DNA of 64,000 nt from the human T2T-CHM13v2.0 reference genome, Homo sapiens. The stretch is taken from NCBI RefSeq assembly GCF_009914755.1, contig NC_060927.1. One strand, written 5' to 3'. This document shows, one piece after another, positions 52,812 through 64,000 of this stretch (position 1 is its first letter; each line of letters starts with the position of its first letter). The notes below the pieces were generated by a model. That model did no database searches, was not told the DNA's origin, and was given only the letters and a program-made list of their open reading frames with translations. A program made the translations under genes and the position numbers.

Positions 52812-53483
52812 TAATCTAAAGGCCTTCTTGACCTAAAATGATCTTCCTGGGTAATGTTAGGACTTTCCTTTCAGGCAAGGCGGGCAGCCAAATGTTAAGA
52901 TTATGCTGGAGAAGGTATGCAAAATTGTTGCACTTTATTAAGACAATTAAAAAAATCCCCAAACTTTATTGTTTTAATAAAAGCTGTTCTTAAATTGTGT
53001 TTTATTTACTTAATTTGATGGTATGTTTAGGAGGGTGATGTTTTACACTTAGTTTTAAGTACCCAAAAGGTAATTATCTGTGAAAAATTCTAGAAGAAAA
53101 ATGGCACTGAGCTTAATAAAACATGAAAGCAAAATTACCCAATAGCAGAAATAAGAAGACAGAGCCAAGGGAAGAGTCAATCCTTAGATGAGCTTGTCCA
53201 ACTTTACTAAGGGAGTTTATCCAGCCTAAACTCATCGGAATCTATTCCCCCAAAGACTTGCTACTTCGGAAAACATATTATCCTCATACTCTGCTTTTCA
53301 ACCTGGAGCACTTTATACCTTCAGTCTCAACAGGAGATGCAGCATATCTTACTTTTCACCCAATGATTTGGGAAAGAAAATAAAACAGCTTTAAAATATT
53401 TTATCAGGCTAGTGTATTGTTCAGTAAGATGTACGAGTTGAATGTAAGATACACCTAGGGCTTCTTGAAAATGTTTTCATGTA

Positions 53484-53752
53484 GGCCAGACACAGTGGCT
53501 CATGCCTGTAATCCCAGTGCTTTGGGAGGCCAAGGTGGGAGGATCACTTGAGGCCAGGAGATCAAGACCAGCCTGGCCAGCATGGTGAAACCCCGTCTCT
53601 ACTAAAAATACAAAAATTAGCTGGGCATGGTGGCGGGCACCTGTATTCCCAGCTACGTGGGTGAATCGCCTGAACCTGGGCGGTGGAGGGTTCAAGGATC
53701 ACACCACTGCACTCCAGCCTGGGCAACAGAGTGAGACCCTGCCTTGAAAAAG
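53484..53752 (+). mobile_element. Alu (deletions in right arm)
   Basis: Alu dimer with TSD gttttcatgt. Confidence 0.9.
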
Positions 53753-54465
53753 AAGTTTTCATGTGGGCAGTACTAACCCTCTTCAACCTCCAGTGGCATT
53801 CATACCCCCTGCCCTCTGCAGATGGAGAAGCTCTGCTTACAGAACCCAAGACAGGAGCTAGCTCTGCTAATCAGCCAACCACCCCAGCACCGGAGGGTTT
53901 TGTCAAGGAAGAGGCCACTCAACAGAGACTATTAATCACTATTTAATTCAAATAAAGGGGAGAGATGTAGCAGCTCCCCGCAAAGAGCATTAAACTTTAA
54001 ACACTTCAAATTATTTCAAGTGAAAGCAATTCAGAGTAGCAAGAAGAGGAGCCTAATCTGAACTGGCAAGAATTTGGAATTACTGAACATCTTCAAGGAC
54101 ATTAGATGTTAAGACTTTCAAGTGAAGAATATAATGAGAAGCAGGTTCATCAGTGACTGCCTGATGGAGAGCATCTCCCTGAAGATAAAACGACCAACTC
54201 AATAGTGACCCACGAGAACACAGCACTCAGCAAAAGAGCCTCGGCTCCAGGTTTTAAAATACATTTTTAATAATTCAAATTTTAACCACTTGAGTAACTA
54301 CATTTTTAATATACAACTGACCAATGCAAAAGATGAAAATTTTGAATAATATCAAAAGGTACACCTAAATCCCTATATACTTTCAACCATAAATCTCTTG
54401 TTCCCCTAACAGCACCCCTGGCAACCACTACTACTAGCCTCTCGTGTGTCCTTCCAAAGATTGGC

Positions 54466-54786
54466 AGGGGGGTGGGGGGAGAGACAAGGAGGTGGGGGAG
54501 AGGGGGGGAGAGACGAGGAGGTGGGGGAGGGGGGGGAGGGGGGGAGAGGGAGGAAGGGGTTAGGGGAAGAGGGAGAGGAGAGAGAGGGAGTAAAGGGGAG
54601 GGGGGGAGAGAGAGACGGGGGGAGAGAGAGGGAGAAAAGGAGAGGGGGGAGAGAGAGAGAGACAGAAAGGGAGAGAGAGAGAAAGGGAGAGGGAGAGGGA
54701 GAGGGAAAGAGGGAGGGAAAGAAGGAGGGAGAGGGAGAGGGAAAGGGGGGGAGAGAGAGAGAAAGAGAGAGAGAGATACAGAAAAA
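54466..54786 (+). repeat. GA-rich polypurine low-complexity tract
   Basis: About 320 nt of almost only G and A. Confidence 0.95.
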
Positions 54787-54866
54787 GTAAGTATGTGTGT
54801 GTCTCTCCCGTTTTTGTTTGACTGGTTGGTTGTTCCTATCATGGTATATCTTCCCCACAGCCTGTG

Positions 54867-55323
<457 letters not shown>

Positions 55324-56159
55324 TAGCTGGGTCCTGAAAGCACAGTACCCCTCACGGAAACTCATTCAGTGTCTGGCTCTGTACTAAGAGCACAACAGAC
55401 ATGATCTCATTAATCCTCACCACAGCATACAATTCAATCTTCACATCAAAAATTACTGTCCTCATTTCAAGGAATAACTTGCCCCAGGTGGCACTATAGG
55501 GCTAGTTCTGAACCGGGTACTGCCCCCAGAGAGCCTAGAGCACTTGCCTTTAATCCTGCAGCATCACAGAAAGTGAGATGGGAGCCACTCAAAACCAGAT
55601 GCACAATGTGAACAAGGCCAGCCTGGCTGAGTCTGGATTATACTGGAGCTTTCTGATGCATGGGGAATATAAACATTTGGGCAGTCTATCAAAACTTTTA
55701 GGGGGAAAGTCATAACAATCAGGTTTTAGAGATGCTTCTTAGCCACTCCTTCATGATCATCTTCAGGTAGAACTTGGCTTAACAACCAAGTTATCCATCA
55801 ACAGAAATGTTGTAGCAGAATTGGGTGAATCTGTGTTATAAAAAGAATATTGTGACATGCTTAATATTACTTAATCCTAACAACTGCCCTGTAGGGTTGA
55901 TGCCATTATTTTGCCCAATTTACAGAAGTGAAAACTGAGGCTAAGAGACATTACTCGTTTACTGAGTTACTTGAGATTACAAAGCTAGGTAGTAGCCTGT
56001 GAGTGGCCCAGGCACAGCCAGAAACCAGGTTTTTTTTGTTGTTGTTGTTTTTACCTAATTCCCTACATTGTCTATCACACCAGATCCTCCATTTGTTCTA
56101 AAAAATTTTGTCTATGTCAAAAAAAATGGGAAAAGTAAAGAGACAAACCATGAAATGGG

Positions 56160-56316
56160 AGCTGGAGCTTCCGGATAGCTGAATACAGGAGGCTCTAGGA
56201 GGGTGACCGCCCAGGGAGGGCGTAGAAGTTCCACGCCCCTTCCCTTATACCTCACCCTACATATCTCTTCATCTGTATCCTTTGCAACATCCTTTATAAT
56301 AAACTGGTAAACATAA
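56160..56316 (+). mobile_element. MER21-like LTR fragment
   Basis: gagcttccggatagctgaa..cccagggagggc..ccccttcc..atctcttcatctgtatcctttg..ataataaactggtaaac. Confidence 0.75.
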
Positions 56317-56453
56317 GTTTCAAAGGGCAGATTTACAATGTGTACATGGCCTCCAGCCATGCAGGTTGTTCTCATCAGTGCCACGCTGCCTCACGAAATC
56401 CTGGAGATGATCAGTAAGTTCATGATGGACCCAATCTCCATCTTGGTGAAATG
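56317..56453 (+). pseudogene. EIF4A3-derived fragment (about G196-R243, DEAD-box motif III SAT region) with a 5-nt deletion
   Basis: Translates FKGQIYNVY / [34 protein letters not shown] versus EIF4A3 [47 protein letters not shown]. Confidence 0.88.
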
Positions 56454-56541
56454 GTTTTCTTTTGCCCTTTCACTTTCTGCCATGGGATGCCACAGCAAGA
56501 AGGTCCTCACCAGATGCTGGTCCCTCAATCTTGGACTTCCA
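56454..56541 (+). mobile_element. MST (MaLR) LTR fragment
   Basis: ccatgggatg..cagcaagaagg.cctcaccagatgc..atcttggacttcc. Confidence 0.7.
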
Positions 56542-57530
56542 TCAAGGGAACATCACTAACGTCATCATCATCCCAAAATGAACCTCTCCCAGGCTCCTTA
56601 AGTTTATTTTTCTGTGCAGCAACTGCTTGTGCTGAGACATTGGAAAGGGCTTTGGTTCCAGAATCCTTGAGGAATACACAATTCATTACAGCACCCTTAC
56701 CTTGTAGTATAATCACATTTCTGCTTAGGAAGGCCAAGAGCCCAGCAAAGTAGGTGGCATTCCCACATGTAATCAGACTGGCCCTTGAGGCCTAAGAGTG
56801 AGTGAAATTTTCCAATGGACTTGGAGATTGCCATGTAGGACTTACTCCAATAACAGTTCCATTTGGGCATGGAGAGTATCTTAAGAATGGTGTGGTGGAC
56901 ATTGCTCACATATACCTGGTAATCCTCTCCCTCCTGCGCACATTGGAACCAGCCCTTCCTGCTCCCTTACATGAAGTCTGAGTCAATGAAAAGCCTTTTC
57001 TTTCCCTGTGCCCTAAAAGGCCTTGTATTTGAAAATGAAAGCGTTTAAGATTTTGAAGAAGCCTGCACCTCGGCAACCTCTGCATCATTCACTGCACGAA
57101 GCACAGTCACCAGTCACCAGACCTATGATGGGCCAACTCTCTACATGAAGAAGCACATCCAGAGTTGTATTTTACTTGCCCCCAGGTCTATGGAGATGTA
57201 AAAAAGGAAAGAATTAAGCATTTTGTTATTGGATGGTCCAAAGGAACATGTCACTGAGTGAGTGACCTTAACCAAGTCATGAAACTGCATTAGAAGGATT
57301 TACTATGGGAGAAGAATGAGGGGCTCCAGGCAGAAAGCCCCAAGGCAATAAAGAGACAAGGAAGTGATAAGAGGGGACTGAACGACCAAGGAGGCTAGGG
57401 TTATGAGCCACATTCTCCACCGTTGCCACCACATCTTATCTGATGACCTGACCCACCACATTAAAAAAGTTCATGTATGTTCTTTTTAGTTTCTTCTACT
57501 CAAAACACTGTTAAAAATACCTTAGTTCTC

Positions 57531-57883
<353 letters not shown>

Positions 57884-58082
57884 TAGTTCTTAAGTCTACA
57901 GGTTATTAAATATACATTGCTCTAACCTACACTATGGATAAAAATTGAAAATTAAGCCAATAACATAAATTATTAGTTTAGAAATCACAGATTTAGAATA
58001 AGTCATGTTTTTAATCAATGTGTTTATTTTTGATTTTCATTGGGTCAGTTTGGGGGTCATTAGGAAATTGTGAAGGCATATA

Positions 58083-58412
58083 CAGTCATCCCCTTGGTGT
58101 CCATGGGGGATTAGTTCCATGACCCTTCTAAGACAGCAAAATTCACAGATGCCCAAGTCCCTGATATCAAATGGCATTTTATTTGCATATAACCTATGCA
58201 TATATATTCCCCTGTAAATCACCTCTAAATTACTTATAATGTCTAATGCAATGTAAATGCTATGTAAACAGTTATTTGTATTGTTTACAAAATAATGACA
58301 AGATTAAAAGTCGATCCATGTTCAAAACAGATGCAATTTTTTTTAGAATATTTGTGATCCAGAGTTGGTTGAATCCACATAGGCAGAACCCACAGATACA
58401 GATGACTGATTG
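58083..58412 (+). mobile_element. MER2 (TcMar-Tigger MITE)
   Basis: ta|cagtcatccc..tccatgggggatt.gttcca...gaacccacagatacaga..gactgattg. Confidence 0.85.
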
Positions 58413-59369
58413 TCTATAGAACTAGAAACTCAGAATTTAAATTTTAGCTTGTATCATTGTTCAAAAATTGATTAATACCATTAATATTATTGGCCTCTTT
58501 GGTGACACTAACCATTCCCTTGGCAAGTTTGCACTGGTTATCTATTACTGCCTAACTACCCCAAAACAAGAGGTTAAAAGTGACTACTATTTTATTTTAT
58601 CTCAACATGTGTCAGGAACTCAGGCCGGTCTTCCTGGGGTGATTCTTTCTATTCTGGGTGGCATCACCTCGGGTGACTCAGTGGTACTTGGCCAGTAGCT
58701 AGACTTGTCTGGAGGGGTCACGAAAGCCTCGTGCACATCCTGGTGCCTTGAGAGGGGCAGCTGGAAGCCTGGATTTTGCTGTGTCCCTTCATGTATTCTT
58801 ACAGCCTCGCAATGGGGTCTCTCCAGTAGGGTAGTAAATATTTACAGAGTGGCTCAGGGCTCTGAGCCAAGTGGAAGGGGCCAGTTTTCTTACAGCCCAT
58901 GCCTGGAACTGTCAGCGGTACTTTGACTTTTGGTCAAAGCTGCCACATGCCAGGCTCAGAAATAGCCCCTTCATGCATTGCATGCCTCTATCAAAATATC
59001 TCACGTACCTCATAAATACATACACTATGTACCCACAAAAAAATTTTTTTTTAATTTTTTTAAAGAAAAAAATAGCACCTGCCTTTTGATGGGAATGCTG
59101 ACAGGAAAGCTTCAAAGAATCTGTGGCTATCTTTAATCTGCCCCAGCCTGAGACCAAAGGACCACACATACACATGCAAAGTATAAGCTCAAATCAAACT
59201 TGGAAAGACCGAAGCCTGGTTTAATTCTAACAATAATAAATTACCAAAATAAACATATCCTGCATTAAGACAGTGTTGAAATAAAAGATGTCTGCGTTCC
59301 ACCCTAGAACTTTAACTATCATGAACAAATGCAACAGTAAAATGTAATGCTTTTTTTTTATTTTCTAAA

Positions 59370-60320
59370 AACAAAAAGAATGGGAGCTAATACTTGCAAA
59401 TTATGTATCTGATAAAGGTCTAACTATCAAGACTATATAAATAACTCATATGACTCAATAAAATATAAATGAATAAAAAAAGACAAAGGATTTTTATATG
59501 TATTTCTCCGAAGAGTATATATGAATGGCCAATAAGCATATAAAAAGAGACTTAACATCATTCATTAGGGAAATGCAAATCAAAATTACAAGGAGGTATC
59601 ACTTCACACCCACTAGTATGGCTGCTATACTAACAAATGTTGGCAAGGATATGGAAAAATTGGAACCCTATACATTGCTGATAGGGATGTAAAATGGTGC
59701 AGCTGCTTTGGAAACCAGTCTGGTTGTTCCTTAAAAAGCTAAACATAGAATTACCATATGGCCCAGTCATTCCACTTTTAAATATACACCCAAAAGAATT
59801 TAAAACAAACTCACACAAAAACTGGCATACAAATGTTCACAGCAGCATTATTCACAATAGCCAAAAAGCAAAAGCAACCCAAATATGCATCAAGCGATGA
59901 AGGGATTAAAAATTATGCCATGTCCATACAACGGGATATTAGTCATAAAAAAGGAATGAAGTACTGATTTATGCTACAACATGGATGAACCTTGAAAACA
60001 CTATGCTAAGTGAAAAAAAGCCAGACACAAAGAGACACAATATTGCATACAATCCATTTAAATGAAATATCCAAAAGAGGCAAATCCATAGAGACAGTGG
60101 TTAGTGGTTGCCAGGGGCTGGGAAGAGAGGGTGGATAGAAATGGGGGGTGACTGACAGTTCATGGAAACAGGGAAACAGGGGATTTTTTTAGGAACGATA
60201 AAATATCCTGGAATGAGATAGTGGTAGTGGTTGTACAATTTTGAAAACATACTAAAAACCACTGAATTACATACTTTAAAAAAGTAAACTTTATGGTATG
60301 TGAATTATATCTTAAATTTT
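59370..60320 (+). mobile_element. L1MB 3' portion
   Basis: cattagggaaatgcaaatcaaaa, aacatagaattaccatatg and acatggatgaaccttgaaaaca motifs. Confidence 0.85.
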
Positions 60321-60329
60321 AAGAAACGA

Positions 60330-60530
60330 TAAGAGCCACTTGTTAGCTATGCCACCTTGGGCTTATCACAAATCTACTCTGTGCCTCAGTGTCCTCACCT
60401 AGAAAATGTGGTCATAGCAGTGCCTGCCTTACAGGGTTGTTGTGAGAAATACACAAGATAATCCAAGAAAAGTACTTAGCATAGTATCTGCCACAAAGCA
60501 ATGTGTTCCAAGATGCCATTTACTATTATT
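60330..60530 (+). mobile_element. MIR
   Basis: ctctgtgcctcagtgtcctcacc..agggttgttgtgag. Confidence 0.7.
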
Positions 60531-61099
60531 TCCTTTTCCCAAAAATGTGTTCCTTATGACTATTAGTTTCCTCTCTCTTTAAAAAACTAAAAATTCAGAA
60601 ACATTTTGCTTGTTACTCATGACTGATTTTCAGCTACTGGTTAATAGTTCTCTCTCTATAAAAAAAAATTGTTATACTTGATCAAATACAAAACAATAAT
60701 ATTTAGAAAAATAAAATGTGGTATCTTGGATCTAGTTTCCTGAGGAACCCAAATCCAACACCACTACTACTAATACTACTACTGTTACTAATACTGATAC
60801 TAATACTACTACTAACAGGTAAAGGAGAAGAAGAAGGAAGAAGCAGCGTTGATATTTGCTGAGTATTGAACATGCACTAACTGGTTTATGTCCACCCCCA
60901 TGTGTCATGACAGTGCCAGATGCAGAGGATGCAGTATGATTTCCCCACAGTCCCAGGCCTCCGAGGACACACGGTGGGCCATGAGGGCACAATAAGATGT
61001 GCTATAATGTCAGTGAGTACTGGTATATATGGGAGCACAGAGAGAAGACCATGCTGCCTGGGGGGTCAGGAAGGCATCACAGAAGTATAAGGGGCTTTC

Positions 61100-61412
<313 letters not shown>

Positions 61413-62081
61413 TAACCATATAAAGTATATGAGCTTTAAAAACCACAAGAGGGAGGGGGAGGGAAAGGCATTCCCAGCAAAGGAAACAGCAGTGACAAAG
61501 GCAAGGAAGCATGGAGGTGTGCAGGGTGCTTGGGGAGCTGTTTGTCTAGAACACTGACTGAATGATGGGTAGAGATAGAGGGGAAGGAACTGGACCCGAA
61601 ATGAGTGGGCATTTAATGCCAAGATAAAGTTTTGGACTTGCCTTAGGAAGTTTGGTGCCACTAACGATTGTTCGAGCTAGGGACAGGCATAACTAGCAGT
61701 CTCCTTTGCTCTTTTGTCCTTCACTAAAGCCGCGTGTGAGATGTCTGCTCCATAAATGGCTCCAGTGGCGTGAACAAGTAGCTGACCCGGACCACAGAGA
61801 ACATTAGCTCCTGCCTTCAGATCAGTAAGGCCTATGTTCCTGTTGCACAGGTGAGGCAAGTGGACAAGTGAAAGTGATCAAGCATTTAATGCCGAGGTCC
61901 TAAAGAAGACCAGGACTCCCAACAGAAAGGGAGAAGAAAAGAAGGGAGGGAGGGACAGAAGGGGTGAGGGAGCCCCATTAAACCTCTGTAGATTAAAAGA
62001 ACTGTTCATTGTGCAAGAGACAAAACTAGATATTGGTAAATTCCCTTCTTAGAAACCATTAAGTAATAGTGGAAGCTTTAC

Positions 62082-62274
62082 CAGCTCTATCCAACAGAAC
62101 TTTCTGTGATAATGGAAATGCTCTATATCTGTGCTGTCCAATACGCAGCCATCAGCCAGATGTGGCTACTGAGCACTTGAAATGTGTGCCACTGAAGAAC
62201 TGATTTTTAAATCTTATTTCAATGAAATTTAAGTAGTCTCATGTGGCTAGAGGTCTCCATATTGCACAGCATAG
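62082..62274 (+). mobile_element. MER3 (hAT-Charlie)
   Basis: ccaacagaactttctgtgataatggaaatg..atgtggctactgagcacttgaaatg..atgtggctag. Confidence 0.88.
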
Positions 62275-62359
62275 TTTTAAAACCTGTATTTTCTTATCCC
62301 TTTTCATCTACTGTTTCTTAGACAAATGCAACAAAGGGAGTTTGGAATCCCTTTCAATC

Positions 62360-62540
62360 TGCTATGGTCTGAAGGCTTGTGTCTTCCCTAAAATTCATTT
62401 GTTGAGATCCTAACCCCCAAGTTGATAGCATTAGGAGGTGGGCCTTTGGGAGGTGATTAGGTCATGAAAGAGCTCATGTTGTTTAAAAGTATCCAGTCTA
62501 TGGTAGCTTGTTACAGAAGCCCAAACAGACTAAGACACAA
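62360..62540 (+). mobile_element. MLT1A-like LTR, internally deleted
   Basis: tgctatggtctgaa..aaattcat..cctaacccc start and aacagactaagaca end. Confidence 0.75.
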
Positions 62541-64000
62541 CATTTTAATCATTCTGTTACTTCTGAATTATTTCAAATTGTTCTGAGAGACCCTAAAATT
62601 GCTTAATCATATAAAAGAGGTATTCAGTGTCATTTGTCAGATTGCCACCAAAATTCTGAGAATTCAGCCAATGAGTTACCAGCAGTACCCTCTCTAAAAG
62701 AATAAAATTGGGTGTTGTTTTGAGTAGAATCAATCTTTATTTAGTATAAGCGTAAACACTTTGGTGTGCATTTTTCTTTCCAAGTAGTTGGATAGACCAG
62801 GATGTTGGGCTGGATGACTTCTGAAATCCCTGGTAACCACATGGTTTCAGAGTCTACAGATGTCACTGGGTTAATCTTGCTTCCCGTTGTGTTGCATCCT
62901 AACCAAAATATCAAAGCACCTCTCCAAAGCCCTCTGGCTCACACCCCAGGGCGGGAAAAAGTCAAGAAAGTTGTAGTCTTTCACCATCAGAAACCTAGAT
63001 TGGCGGGAGGAACAATTAAACAGCTTCAAATCACCTCACCCTTCACATTTTGCTATGGATAGAATTCCCCACTCCTGTCTCCTCCTTCCCACCCCAACAA
63101 ACAAACCCTTTAATTCCCCGGAAGCAGTCCACACATCCCCTAGGCCTCCCCAAGTAAAGTTTCTCAATGTCCCCAAACAGGGGTGGTGTCTGCACCTGGC
63201 AAGCAGGGGCGAGGTCTATCAGTTGGTCTCTCAACCTATCCACACACTCCTGTGCACTCAACCACACAAGTGGGAACAGTGGCTTCAGGACACACAGCCT
63301 TCAGGAAGAGAAGACACCCACAGAGCATGCTCTCCTTAGTCAGAGTGGATGTGGAACCAACCAGTGTCAGCCAGGGTGCCAAGCCAGCCCATTTCTCTAC
63401 GGCCTCCTTTCTCACTGTCCAATGCTCTAACATGCCCTGACTAAAGCCCCTACATGCTTGGGGAGTATAGACGCCATGACAAAGGCGGGGGAGGAGAGTT
63501 AGGGTATATCACTGGTGTCAGCTATCATTGGAAGTTTTGTAAACACAGGCAGGTCCCTCACAGCTAGAAGGGGTGAGGAAGAGCTGCCTCACCTACTCTT
63601 GGGGCTGTCCAGACCCCAGTGGACGGGGGTAAGACAGGGCTCTTACTACCACAAGGCCACAAGTGAATTAATGTGCAATTATCATTCTAAGGGGATGGGG
63701 AAAAAGAAAAAATCCAAAAGACCTGTAATTTGGGCAGCTTCCAGCATGAACATTAATATATACACTCCTCAAAACTCAGTAACTTTTGCTGTTCATTCAA
63801 GACCCCCTATGACTTATAATGAATTTAAAGTCCTGTATTAGCCAATCATATTCCTCCATGACCAAATTTGCATAAGACTTTATCCTAAAATTTGTATTTT
63901 AATTTAGAATTACCTAGCAAGGAAAATAAGCCCTAACCATATGCCAATCTAACCACAGTGTCTTCACACTCTTTACACAGATGAAGATTCACAGGGACCT

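Noticed and set aside
59630-59900. ORF with LWKPVWLFLKKLNIELPY
   Set aside because: L1 ORF2 C-terminal remnant within the L1MB fragment.

Overview
Human genomic DNA, repeat-rich and non-bacterial (a near-consensus AluYb8 indicates Homo). The window is intronic sequence of OSBPL10 (minus strand) and contains one 192-nt coding exon at 26458-26649. Most entries in the ORF track are Alu, LTR or low-complexity artefacts. The main discovery is a ~0.75-kb unique, CpG-retaining insert at about 20580-21330 (minus strand) that splits an old MER33/MER3 DNA transposon. Across several frameshifts it encodes a collinear, divergent bornavirus phosphoprotein (P)-like protein, has a possible overlapping X-like frame, and ends in a bornavirus-like TTAAAAAA termination/poly(A) signal. 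It is a candidate endogenous bornavirus-like X/P element. A second oddity is a single-exon EIF4A3 fragment lying between two different LTR pieces at 56317-56453. Other observations include a triple-nested MLT2/Alu/MER52 insertion, inverted Alus around the exon and a long polypurine tract. Protein and repeat identifications come from remembered sequences, not database searches, and repeat boundaries are approximate.
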